Virus record (IMG/VR): IMGVR_UViG_3300025674_000016
Location: 1 to 64,000 of that record
Length of the DNA: 64,000 bases
Reading direction: 5' to 3' (one strand)
From: a virus
Below are positions 8,097 to 16,933 of this stretch, in pieces (the stretch's first letter is position 1; the number at the start of each line of letters is the position of its first letter). The translations under genes and the position numbers were made by a program. Under the pieces are notes generated by a model. That model did not search any database and had not been told where the DNA came from. It was given only the letters and a program-made list of their open reading frames with translations.

Positions 8097-9463
8097 TAAA
8101 GGTATCAGTTAAGAAAAAAATATTAAAAGAATCCCTCTCATTAAATGAGGGTTCCCTCTCAAGCAATCTTGGGTTTCCCAAATCCTTAGAGGAAGCTTTT
8201 GAAGATATTTTTGGCAATCGTGTCACAACATATGGCAAGTGGTTTAAAGAGTATCAGGGAAAGTCTAGATATGGCGGCCCTTGGTATTCTGGCATAAGCC
8301 ACTACCAATCACCATCTGACTTGAGTCTGCTTGATTGTGTAAAAATGTTGGAGGCCATTCGAGTAAATGATGAAGAAAGATTTAATCAACTTATAGAAGT
8401 AGACGAATGGAGCGATAGGGGTGACTCTAAATGGGCAAAGATAGGATTAAAAGAAAAAGGCATGCAGAATGCCAAGCCATACTTGGAAAAACAACTACGC
8501 GACGGCCTCGTTGATGATGCCACATTTTTTACAAGAGATATTGTCGAAGATCGTGAAAAAATAAAAAAACAAGAATTTAAGCAATATTCAAAAATGTCTT
8601 TTAAAGATGCGTCCGCCAAGTATTCACGAATCAAAGCTTTTTCCGAGTCAAAAGAAGTAATGACATTTGATGATGGCCATAGGTGGCTTGACGTTGGTCC
8701 TGAGTGTCAGTTTGTTGGAAGGGAAATGAAAAACTGTGGATCGACAGGCGTTATGTCTTTAGACTCTGACAAAACAATGCTGATCTTGGTTGACTCTAAA
8801 AACAAGCCAAGAATTGTCGCTACACTATCTCCAAATGAAAAAAGATTATCCGGCGTTGAGGGCTCTGCCGGAAGTCTCCCGAAAGAAGAATACTACGACC
8901 ATATCGTTAAGCTTGCAGATTTTCTAGATGTAAAATTTGATGTTACAAGATCTAATTCGTTTTTATTAAATTTGAAATATTTGTTCAGAGGGGTCAAGAT
9001 AAAAATCAAACGACTAAAAACAGATAACGAGTATGAGAGGCTTTATGAGATTATCTTACCAGATAAAAGAAAATTGTACTCTGATACATCCTATTTTTTT
9101 CTAGAAGATGAAGCAAGAAAAGCGGGCGAGATCTTAAATCAAAAACATTTCTCAAAGCCTGTTAATTTTTCAACACGGCTTAGGAACAATATAAAAAAAA
9201 TATTTCACGGCAGAAACCGGCAACTTGTTGGTGATAAGGTCGAATATTACACGATATACACTATAAGTCAATTCGCAGATGAATTAAGATCAACCTCTAA
9301 GCAACCAATCAAAGAAGAGATCCGCAAGACAGGCAGCAAGTGGTGTCTTTATTCCAAGAAGAAAACAAAAAAAGGCAAAAAGAAAAAGCTTGGCTGCTAT
9401 GGGACCAAGGGCGGTGCAAAGAAAAGAGAAAAGCAGGTACAATATTTTAAACACAAGGGGTAA
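8093..9463 (+). CDS. multidomain phage protein (PcfJ-like G..MxxC motif; basic C-terminal module)
   Basis: FDDGHRW...CQFVGREMKNCG; IKEE-IRKTGSKWCLYSK...LGCY..K..A.KRE. Confidence 0.75.
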   Translation: MIKVSVKKKILKESLSLNEGSLSSNLGFPKSLEEAFEDIFGNRVTTYGKWFKEYQGKSRYGGPWYSGISHYQSPSDLSLLDCVKMLEAIRVNDEERFNQLIEVDEWSDRGDSKWAKIGLKEKGMQNAKPYLEKQLRDGLVDDATFFTRDIVEDREKIKKQEFKQYSKMSFKDASAKYSRIKAFSESKEVMTFDDGHRWLDVGPECQFVGREMKNCGSTGVMSLDSDKTMLILVDSKNKPRIVATLSPNEKRLSGVEGSAGSLPKEEYYDHIVKLADFLDVKFDVTRSNSFLLNLKYLFRGVKIKIKRLKTDNEYERLYEIILPDKRKLYSDTSYFFLEDEARKAGEILNQKHFSKPVNFSTRLRNNIKKIFHGRNRQLVGDKVEYYTIYTISQFADELRSTSKQPIKEEIRKTGSKWCLYSKKKTKKGKKKKLGCYGTKGGAKKREKQVQYFKHKG

Positions 9464-9468
9464 ATAAA

Positions 9469-9696
9469 ATGAACAAGTTCTCACCTGGTGATCACGTTAG
9501 ACTTAGATCGGATGTTTATGATGACGGTATAGTGTTGATGGAGTGTGAGAACGAAACAGGATTTTATTTTGTTGTGTTCTGCAAAGGGTCTGGTTACAAC
9601 TGCCAGCCTTGGATAAGAAAGCTACACGTTGATAAATTAACGCTTGTGAAAAAAGAAGCACACAAACCAGATCCGCCACCAAAGTTCAAAAAATAA
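9469..9696 (+). CDS. small beta-barrel-like hypothetical protein
   Basis: 75 aa, F.PGD.V.L pattern, fills the gap between neighbours. Confidence 0.65.
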   Translation: MNKFSPGDHVRLRSDVYDDGIVLMECENETGFYFVVFCKGSGYNCQPWIRKLHVDKLTLVKKEAHKPDPPPKFKK

Positions 9697-9705
9697 AATA
9701 CTGTT

Positions 9706-10869
9706 ATGAAACTAACATCAAAATACCTAAAAAAATTAATATTGGAAGCATTTGTTGAAAAGCGTGGTAAATTTCTATGCTGGCATGCTTTTGGATGGGG
9801 TGGCCAATCAGCGGGACAGCGTGGCAAAATGGACCCAGAGCTTATGGATAAGTTTGGTGTCAAACTAAGAGCAAGAATGATAAAAGAGAAGGGCTTTACT
9901 CCTGGTAATGGAGCAATGTACGGAATGGGCGTCTATACCGTTATGGACCCAAGAGATATTAGTTATAATAAATACGGCCCTCTCGCGCTTCAATTTGAGA
10001 TTTCCAAATCAGCAGTCGATCAAAGTTTTCTTGTGATTCCATCTAACCATGACGATAACCAGATAGAAGACTATAAATCAAGTGCCACAACGATTGAAGA
10101 ACAGTTGGAGGCATTCGGCGTCCTCAACGAAGAAACAGCGGGGTTAGTCAAAAAACATTCTGATGAATATTTTGGTAGTGGGCTAGCACTTGAACTATCC
10201 AGACTAAAATATGTAAGAGACGCAATAAAAGGTCTCATATTTCATGGCGCTCAAGATGGCCATGTTCTGGTTTGTTATGACCCTAGCCTATTAAAACTAA
10301 CAGGATACACATCGTCAAGAAACAGCCAACCTAGATATACAACCGAGATTGAATTTAGATTCAATAAAAACCCAAAAGAAATCCACAAGATTGTAAAAAA
10401 CTATTTTGATTTCCCCAATTCAGAAAGTATTGATCAACAAATTCAAACTTGCCAATACGTTGACAGATTTATGTCTGATAATGAGTACTCAAAAGAAGCA
10501 ATGCTTGATCATGCTCGAAATGGATTAAGGGTGGAAGAGCTAAGAACATTAAAGACATACATGCCAGAAGATACTGAGTTGTTGCCCGACGATGCTTGGG
10601 AAAGGCCGAATGAAGATGACTATAACGAACATGACATACTTTATGATAAGTTGCTGGATGGTACTTTAATACGGGACGAAGAGCGTGACATTGACGAATA
10701 TGCCGATCTTACATACCTTGGTTCTATGATTGATACAGAAGCCCAGCAGTATAAAGCAAGAGCATGGGCAGATTTTGTCCAGTTTATTGAAGGCGGAGCT
10801 TTTGAAGAAATGATCTCCGGTCTAGATGGATCTAAAAAACTATTCGGGATTAAAAAGATTAAACAATGA
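9706..10869 (+). CDS. leader-motif protein with PARP/diphtheria-toxin-like (H-Y) ADP-ribosyltransferase-fold domain
   Basis: MKLTSKYLKKLILEAF; CWHAFG...KGFTPGNGAMYGMGVYT...YG...KGLIF....DGHVLVCYD. Confidence 0.65.
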   Translation: MKLTSKYLKKLILEAFVEKRGKFLCWHAFGWGGQSAGQRGKMDPELMDKFGVKLRARMIKEKGFTPGNGAMYGMGVYTVMDPRDISYNKYGPLALQFEISKSAVDQSFLVIPSNHDDNQIEDYKSSATTIEEQLEAFGVLNEETAGLVKKHSDEYFGSGLALELSRLKYVRDAIKGLIFHGAQDGHVLVCYDPSLLKLTGYTSSRNSQPRYTTEIEFRFNKNPKEIHKIVKNYFDFPNSESIDQQIQTCQYVDRFMSDNEYSKEAMLDHARNGLRVEELRTLKTYMPEDTELLPDDAWERPNEDDYNEHDILYDKLLDGTLIRDEERDIDEYADLTYLGSMIDTEAQQYKARAWADFVQFIEGGAFEEMISGLDGSKKLFGIKKIKQ

Positions 10870-12191
10870 AACTAACAAGCAATATTTTAAAAAAATTAAT
10901 ACTAGAAGCCCTTAGAGAAAAATACGACTACTCTAGCGAAGAAGATGAAAACATTAAAGCTCTTAAAAAATACAAGGCAGCAGGGTTGTCTGGCGTATCA
11001 CAAAGAATTGGTAAGTGCCTTATCAAAAACAAAGAATACGCAAAGGGTAAAAGCTCCTTTTCTTACGAGGATCGGCTTTGCTTAGAAGAACAAGGTTTCA
11101 CTAAGCTTGGGTTGGGCTCGTTTAGGATTGTGTTTTTAGATAATCAAAATAAAGATAGAGTTATAAAGCTTGCTCTCGACCTACCCGAACAAGAAGAGGA
11201 AGATGAAGAGGAAGAACAAGAGGAAGAAGAACAAGAACAGCAAGAAGAAGAACAAGAACAGCAAGAAGAAGAACAAGAACAGGAAGAAGATGAAGAAGAG
11301 GAAGAAGAAGAGGTAGAAATTTCTAAAGGCATGTCTATGAACTTAAAAGAGGCAAGTTTAAGACTCCAAACCTTATCCCCAATGTTCCCGAAAGTTTACA
11401 GCAAACACCCACATGGCATTTGGATCGAGGTAGAAAGAGTAAATATTTTTAAATTTAAACACAAGGACGATTATTTCGGCAATGAAAGTTGGGCTCCGAT
11501 AAAAAAGTTTTTTCCAAACTTCTCCAAAAATTACCAGAAATTCGATCAGATAAGGACTGAACTCAAAGAATTGGTCCCAGACCTGATAACCGAAGCCGCA
11601 GGGCAAAAATACACTCTTGATGACATACACAAACTGCTTCCGTTTACTAAAGAAAAGCCATTAGACAAAGCATTTATGATTCCAGACATCCATTCAACAT
11701 ATCACTCCATTGCGGATAAAGAAAGCGCGTTTGTGGCAACGTGGAGTTTGCTTATTATTGGCAATAAGGGGCTTAGGGGTAAGTCTTCTTATAAATTTCT
11801 TTATGACAATATAATTTCCCGTGTAAGAACTATGGTCTCCCAAGTGTTTGATCCCAAAGAAGAACAAGAAGAAGAAGAAGAAAGCTTTATTGATGATGAA
11901 TGGTTTGAGGATTTTGTGTTCGAAAACTTAGATAAAAATAATGCAGTTATAGAAGAAATTGTAAATAAAGTAGAAAATTATCTACAACCAAGATTGCAAA
12001 GCGCGTATAAACTAATTACAAGTGACCGTACTTACCAAGAGCTTTTGAGAGTTCATGACGAACTTGATGAAGATTTTCAATTATGGGATTTGAGGCCAGA
12101 CAACTTGGGATCAGCAATAAGAAATGGAAAAGAAACTCTTGTGCTCATTGATCCTGGTTTCGATATGGATATCGACCCCAGAAATAGATAA
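10866..12191 (+). CDS. leader-motif protein kinase-like enzyme
   Basis: MKLTSNILKKLILEAL; LGLGSFRIVF (Gly loop), VIKLA, NLKEA, FPKVY, WDLRPDNLG (catalytic loop), LIDPGF. Confidence 0.85.
   Translation: MKLTSNILKKLILEALREKYDYSSEEDENIKALKKYKAAGLSGVSQRIGKCLIKNKEYAKGKSSFSYEDRLCLEEQGFTKLGLGSFRIVFLDNQNKDRVIKLALDLPEQEEEDEEEEQEEEEQEQQEEEQEQQEEEQEQEEDEEEEEEEVEISKGMSMNLKEASLRLQTLSPMFPKVYSKHPHGIWIEVERVNIFKFKHKDDYFGNESWAPIKKFFPNFSKNYQKFDQIRTELKELVPDLITEAAGQKYTLDDIHKLLPFTKEKPLDKAFMIPDIHSTYHSIADKESAFVATWSLLIIGNKGLRGKSSYKFLYDNIISRVRTMVSQVFDPKEEQEEEEESFIDDEWFEDFVFENLDKNNAVIEEIVNKVENYLQPRLQSAYKLITSDRTYQELLRVHDELDEDFQLWDLRPDNLGSAIRNGKETLVLIDPGFDMDIDPRNR
11187..11312 (+). repeat. 42-codon Glu/Gln tract with a 21-nt tandem unit
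   Basis: GAAGAAGAACAAGAACAGCAA at 11223, 11244 and (partial) 11265. Confidence 0.85.
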
Positions 12192-12206
12192 GAGGAAATA
12201 TTGTCA

Positions 12207-12245
12207 ATGAAGATAACTAAATCTAAACTTGGAAGAAAAAAATGA
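12207..12245 (+). pseudogene. truncated leader remnant MKITKSKLGRKK*
   Basis: GAGG SD upstream, first 8 codons match the shared leader, stop overlaps ATG 12242. Confidence 0.55.
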
Positions 12246-12496
12246 GTGATAGCGAATCAGGATCAAAATATTTAGAGTTCTTGAATTTGGTTGAAAGCGG
12301 TGTCTTCGACCCAACAAGCCTAGAAGAAGCAGCCGAGTTTAAAACATATAATGAATATGCTGAACATCAAGTTAATAAATTTCCAGAAATCTTAATGGCT
12401 TTCATGCAATATGACACTGGCGAGGATAGTATGTTTTATCTCCAGTTAGTCTGGATGCATGACTATTTTAAAGGAAAGAAAAAACAAGCGGTTTAA
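12242..12496 (+). CDS. hypothetical protein
   Basis: 84 aa ORF with natural composition. Confidence 0.65.
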   Translation: MSDSESGSKYLEFLNLVESGVFDPTSLEEAAEFKTYNEYAEHQVNKFPEILMAFMQYDTGEDSMFYLQLVWMHDYFKGKKKQAV

Positions 12497-12560
12497 TGAT
12501 TTTAAACCCCTATTGACTATTTATTGTGAACGTTTAAACGATCAAAGGAGAACTTAACAA

Positions 12561-12986
12561 ATGAGTCAACAAAACACAAACAAAATTTTTAATCAATTAT
12601 TTTTACTTGAAAACCTTACCGCTGACACTACACTTGACGAGTTTAGTACCGGAAAGATTTATTCTCTCAACCCTACTGGCGCGATGGTTATCACACTACC
12701 AACCCCAGTAGCAGGCTGGAACGCTAGATTTGTTGTTGAGACAACCTCTCAAACGATTACACTATCGGGGAGCGCCGATGGTAACATCGTTGGTTTAATT
12801 TTTGGTACTGATGGTGGTGCCGGAAGCTCCAAAGACCTCGGCACCTTCGGTAATGATGCTGCGACTTCTGTGAAGACAAATTCTACTGAGTCTTTCCTTA
12901 GCGATAATCTTGAGATTGTCAGTACTGATTCCACGTTTGTTGTTATGGGTAGAGCTTCTAGCTCTGCTGGTTTTGTATTTGAATGA
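12561..12986 (+). CDS. beta-rich minor virion/fibre-like protein
   Basis: ITLPTPVAGWNARFVV pattern, T/S/G-rich; AAGGAG SD; CTATTTA motif upstream. Confidence 0.7.
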   Translation: MSQQNTNKIFNQLFLLENLTADTTLDEFSTGKIYSLNPTGAMVITLPTPVAGWNARFVVETTSQTITLSGSADGNIVGLIFGTDGGAGSSKDLGTFGNDAATSVKTNSTESFLSDNLEIVSTDSTFVVMGRASSSAGFVFE

Positions 12987-12995
12987 TTTAGCTTT

Positions 12996-13024
12996 TTAAC
13001 CTTTCTATTCATTTCTGGTATAAT
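12996..13024 (+). promoter_or_regulatory. sigma70-type promoter TTAACC-17-TATAAT with extended TG
   Basis: TG 13016-17, TATAAT 13019-24. Confidence 0.65.
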
Positions 13025-13050
13025 ATACCTCACACTAGAAAGGTTAAAAA

Positions 13051-13452
13051 ATGATTATCGGAACACCACACCAACCTTGGGAACTTCTCGACACCACAGC
13101 AGAAGACTTCCTCCTACAAATGCTAAAATACGGAAAACCTATTGAAACCTCGCTTGTTGGCTCATTTGATCAATCGGGGCGAGGCTCAAGAAGGGATATT
13201 CCGCTCCCATTTCATCGAGATGGCGACTACTCAAAAGAAAAAGCTTCAAAAAACAGCATAGATGTTGTCGGCCTCTTCTGTATTAGGGGCGGAGAAGCCA
13301 ATACCCTCATTAAATACAACGATAAAATAACATCATACAACCTCAAGAAAGGTCAAGGTATTATTTTTGATAATAAAGAAGTCCTACACGCCAGAGAAGG
13401 CGAGGTAGGAGACAGATTATTGCTTAGAGTGTGGGTCGAGAGGCAAAAATGA
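13051..13452 (+). CDS. minimal TauD/TfdA-like Fe(II)/2OG dioxygenase
   Basis: FHRDG (HxD), GLFC, GG..N, IIFDN..VLHAR, R.L.R.W. Confidence 0.8.
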   Translation: MIIGTPHQPWELLDTTAEDFLLQMLKYGKPIETSLVGSFDQSGRGSRRDIPLPFHRDGDYSKEKASKNSIDVVGLFCIRGGEANTLIKYNDKITSYNLKKGQGIIFDNKEVLHAREGEVGDRLLLRVWVERQK

Positions 13453-13772
13453 GCCTAGACCAAGAAAAAGCTAACAAAGTATGGAAGTACCTAGTTTTTT
13501 CTTTGTGTATCCTTAGTATTTTAGACTTACAGTTCACAATCTACGAGCTAGAGCTAGGAATAGCCTATGAATACAACATATTCTTAGCTAACGTGCTTCA
13601 TTTAGGCTATTTGCCTTTTATTCTAACAAAAACCAACATAACTTTAGCTTCTTGTGTTATATTATTAGCAGGAATAGACAAGATCTTTGCTAAAATAGGT
13701 GTTTTAGCTTGTAATCTTATTTATTTCTTTATTTTTGTTTATCATATCATCGGAATTGCAATCTACTCATAA
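13449..13772 (+). CDS. membrane protein (DUF5658-like)
   Basis: LD..FT......G...E.N..L, K in TM2, three TM helices; ATGA-coupled start. Confidence 0.7.
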   Translation: MSLDQEKANKVWKYLVFSLCILSILDLQFTIYELELGIAYEYNIFLANVLHLGYLPFILTKTNITLASCVILLAGIDKIFAKIGVLACNLIYFFIFVYHIIGIAIYS

Positions 13773-13786
13773 CAAAGGAAGGAAAA

Positions 13787-14776
13787 ATGATTGTAGACGT
13801 TATCGTAGACTTACAGTATGGCGATTGTGGCAAGGGAAAAGTAACTCATCACCTCTGCAAGAAGGGTAAATACACCCATGTTGTTAGATATAACGGTGGA
13901 TGTAATGCGGGACACACAATTTATCACGAAGGAAGGAAGTTTGTAACCCATCACATCCCTGCTGGCGTCTTTTTTGGCGTTAAATCGGTCATTGGACCTG
14001 GTTGTGTTGTTAATGTTGATCGTTTTTTCGAAGAAATGGACATGTTAAGGGATGGAGGCATCCCCTATCTTGAAGATTTAGTTAAAATTGCTAAGAATGC
14101 ACACATTATTACAGACGAACATGTTAACTCAGACTCATCTGACACTAGTATTGGCACCACAAAGCGTGGTAATGGTCCTGCATATGCCGCTAAGTACGCC
14201 AGAACAGGGGTCAGGGCAGAAGATGTAAGAGAATTACAGCCTTATTTGGTTGATTTCTTTGAAGAAATGCATCAAAAGGACACTATTGCCCTGTTTGAAG
14301 GCGCTCAGGGCTTTGGTTTGGACGTTGATTGGGGTGATTACCCTTATGTTACCTCCTCTCACTGCACTGTTGCAGGTGCAATGCTCAATGGCATACCTCC
14401 AAAAGCCATTAGAAACGTTTGGGGAGTGGCAAAGTGCTATGAAACATACGTTGGAGCAAAGGATTTCGGTGGTGATGACCCTATTTTCGACACAATCTGC
14501 GAATTAGGACAAGAATATGGCGCTACAACGGGTAGAAAGCGCCAAGTTAACTGGATGGAGTGGGAATTACTCGAAAAAGCGGTTAAAATCAACGGTGTAA
14601 CCCATTTGGTGGTCAATAAAATGGATATTTTAAGCGAAATACAGCGTTGGAGCCTGTTTTGCAACAAAATTAAGCATAGTTTCCCCTCAGAGCAGTCATT
14701 TAAGACATATTTTGAAGAAAAGTTAGGAGAAACAGGCATTTCCATCTATTTTTCTGGTGATAAGGGTCGTATTTAG
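13787..14776 (+). CDS. purA: adenylosuccinate synthetase (short form)
   Basis: QYGDCGKGK, RYNGGCNAGHT, IGTTKRGNGPAY, FEGAQG, YPYVTSS, GATTGRKR, NKMD. Confidence 0.95.
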   Translation: MIVDVIVDLQYGDCGKGKVTHHLCKKGKYTHVVRYNGGCNAGHTIYHEGRKFVTHHIPAGVFFGVKSVIGPGCVVNVDRFFEEMDMLRDGGIPYLEDLVKIAKNAHIITDEHVNSDSSDTSIGTTKRGNGPAYAAKYARTGVRAEDVRELQPYLVDFFEEMHQKDTIALFEGAQGFGLDVDWGDYPYVTSSHCTVAGAMLNGIPPKAIRNVWGVAKCYETYVGAKDFGGDDPIFDTICELGQEYGATTGRKRQVNWMEWELLEKAVKINGVTHLVVNKMDILSEIQRWSLFCNKIKHSFPSEQSFKTYFEEKLGETGISIYFSGDKGRI

Positions 14777-14896
14777 GCTATTTATAGTGCAAAAAATGCT
14801 TTAAAATAGCCCATTTCAAGGTATATTTTGCCCCATTTTTGGCCCTTTTTGGCCCTTAAATGGGGTATTTTTTTGCTTAAGATCTATAAAAATAGT
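14777..14896. repeat. nested inverted/direct repeat element in intergenic DNA
   Basis: 14803-14821 pairs with 14854-14871 (1 mismatch, 1 bulge); TTTTTGGCCC x2 at 14836-14855. Confidence 0.65.
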
Positions 14897-14920
14897 ATGT
14901 CTTGGAGGATAAATAAGCAA

Positions 14921-16315
14921 ATGAGTAGCGATTCAAAACCTAAATTTAAGATAATCATTAAAGAACAGCAAGAAAAACAAGAGCTAGAAGAAGGTTTTTT
15001 GGATTATGTTAGTGTTATCGGCGGAGATATCAAAAATTCAGTACAAAACTACTTTAAGAGCGTTGGGGACAGAGCAAATACAAGATCAAATAGGAGAGCC
15101 GCCAATACATTAATAAAGAAACTACAATCACAATTGGCACCATTGAAGAAAAAGTGTGATAGAAACCCCTCACAGTGTGACGAAAGAACAAAAAAAATTA
15201 TTCAAAATCTTGAAGGGTTGATTAGCAATCTTCAAGAAAATCCAGATGGTACACTAGAGGCAATTGATGGAGATCGGCTCGATCTAAGTGCTCGACGGGT
15301 ACTAGCGCCGAGTACCCCAATTACGGGAACAAGATCAGAACCATCAGCACAGCCAGAAGCAGACGGTGGTCCAGCACAGTCAACAGAGCCCCCAGCGCAG
15401 CCAGCAGCAAGCGGTAGTCCAACACAACAACAAGATCGGCCAGCACAACAAAAAAAGCCCAAACCAGCACAAAAAGCTAGACAATTAAGAAAAAATCCCA
15501 AGCCTGGCAAGGTTCTGTCTCGTGCCTCTGCTCTCTATAGGCTGCAAGCAGCAGGTGTTGAAGATCCAAAAGAAAAAGCAACACAAATTTCTCAAACAAT
15601 TAAAGACTTCTTAAAAGACAACCCCTCGATAAAAAATAAAGTTAAAGTACTTGCAGAAAACGTAAACTTGACTGTTGGAAAAGAGTCACTTTTGGCGACT
15701 TTGAGGAAGAACCACTCTGATGTGGATACTAGAATACTTCAAATAATCGTGTCAGATATAGCCGCACAATTAAAGGCAAGTAGAGTAGAATTAATCTCAA
15801 CAAAGAAACAACTAAGAAAAAGCAAAGAACAGCAAAGAAGTGATTCTGGTGAAGAGCAAACTAACACCGATAGTGAAGAACTAGATCAAGAAACTGAGAT
15901 TGAAAATCAAGAAACAGAAAAGAAAACAATCTTTGATGAGTGGTTGCAACAAAATTTTGAAGACACAACTGTAGAAGAGTGGCTTGTTGCAAACAGTAAC
16001 CAAAAAGACCGACTTATAATCCAATTGCTTAGAAACTATCTCATACACCAATTACATGACAACAAACCAGAGATAAAACAAAATATTTTAAGAGGTTTTA
16101 TTAATTATCTGAAGAGAAACCTGAAAGATGAGGCCAAAGGTAGAGCTAACAAATTACATGGACTTTTTAATACAACAATTAATCCAGGGGGCGGTTTCAG
16201 AAGAAAAGATCTATCCAATTACACAATGACTGAGGGCAAAACTCTTCAAGAATCATTTAACAAAAGAAACCAAAAGATATATAATTCTCTATTAAAGAAG
16301 TTTTTAAAAAATTGA
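14921..16315 (+). CDS. hypothetical charged protein (putative internal head protein)
   Basis: GGAGG SD before ATG 14921; KIIIKE...LEE-GFLD; PAQ-rich linker. Confidence 0.8.
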   Translation: MSSDSKPKFKIIIKEQQEKQELEEGFLDYVSVIGGDIKNSVQNYFKSVGDRANTRSNRRAANTLIKKLQSQLAPLKKKCDRNPSQCDERTKKIIQNLEGLISNLQENPDGTLEAIDGDRLDLSARRVLAPSTPITGTRSEPSAQPEADGGPAQSTEPPAQPAASGSPTQQQDRPAQQKKPKPAQKARQLRKNPKPGKVLSRASALYRLQAAGVEDPKEKATQISQTIKDFLKDNPSIKNKVKVLAENVNLTVGKESLLATLRKNHSDVDTRILQIIVSDIAAQLKASRVELISTKKQLRKSKEQQRSDSGEEQTNTDSEELDQETEIENQETEKKTIFDEWLQQNFEDTTVEEWLVANSNQKDRLIIQLLRNYLIHQLHDNKPEIKQNILRGFINYLKRNLKDEAKGRANKLHGLFNTTINPGGGFRRKDLSNYTMTEGKTLQESFNKRNQKIYNSLLKKFLKN

Positions 16316-16923
16316 AATATCAATTCTTAAATAAAACAGATAAAGATATGTCTAATATTGAGCAGTTTATAGATGAATTTTATCCCTATGCTCAAAAAAG
16401 ACTCAGCATCGACAAGCCTGTTACAATTATTCTGAAATCTGATAGCGATAATGCTAAAAAGATATTAGGAAAAACAGGCTATTACGATCCAGACAATCTT
16501 GAAGTGGTTGTCTATGTTGATAATAGGCACCCAAAAGATATCTTAAGATCAATATCTCACGAACTAATACACCATGCACAAAACTGTCGTGGCGAATTCG
16601 ATGATTCAGGCCCCCTTTATCAAGGTTATGCTCAAGATGACGATCAAATGAGAAAAATGGAAATGGAAGCCTATTTATTGAGTAACGGCGACGATTTAAT
16701 GATATTCAGGGACTTTGAAGATAAGATGAAAAAAGAAAAAGGAATGATTAACGAAAGTCTAGAAAAAAAAGATCTTGAAAAAAAGATTGCAGAAATCTTA
16801 AAGCAAAAACAAACAAAAAATAAAGAAAAGCCACAACCATTGCAGGAAAAAACTCAAATCTCAGATCAGCAGTGGTATCAGCAAGAACTTTACAAGAAGC
16901 TTGCAAAGAAGTGGTCGAAATAG
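16312..16923 (+). CDS. HExxH zinc metallopeptidase-like protein
   Basis: LGKTGYYDP...RHPKDILRSISHELIHHAQ...MEMEAY. Confidence 0.8.
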   Translation: MKYQFLNKTDKDMSNIEQFIDEFYPYAQKRLSIDKPVTIILKSDSDNAKKILGKTGYYDPDNLEVVVYVDNRHPKDILRSISHELIHHAQNCRGEFDDSGPLYQGYAQDDDQMRKMEMEAYLLSNGDDLMIFRDFEDKMKKEKGMINESLEKKDLEKKIAEILKQKQTKNKEKPQPLQEKTQISDQQWYQQELYKKLAKKWSK

Positions 16924-16933
16924 GAGAAAAACA

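Noticed and set aside
5420-11332. Minus-strand poly-Phe and poly-Ser/Cys ORFs (5420, 5868, 5905, 6692, 11144)
   Set aside because: Reverse-complement shadows of poly-Lys and poly-Glu tracts; the same applies to most short minus-strand ORFs inside long + genes.
13787-14776. PurZ (2-aminoadenine, Z-genome) instead of PurA
   Set aside because: The catalytic Asp is retained (GDCGKG; PurZ has Ser there), and the TTGRKR loop and NKxD GTP motif are PurA-like; no dATPase/MazZ partner nearby.
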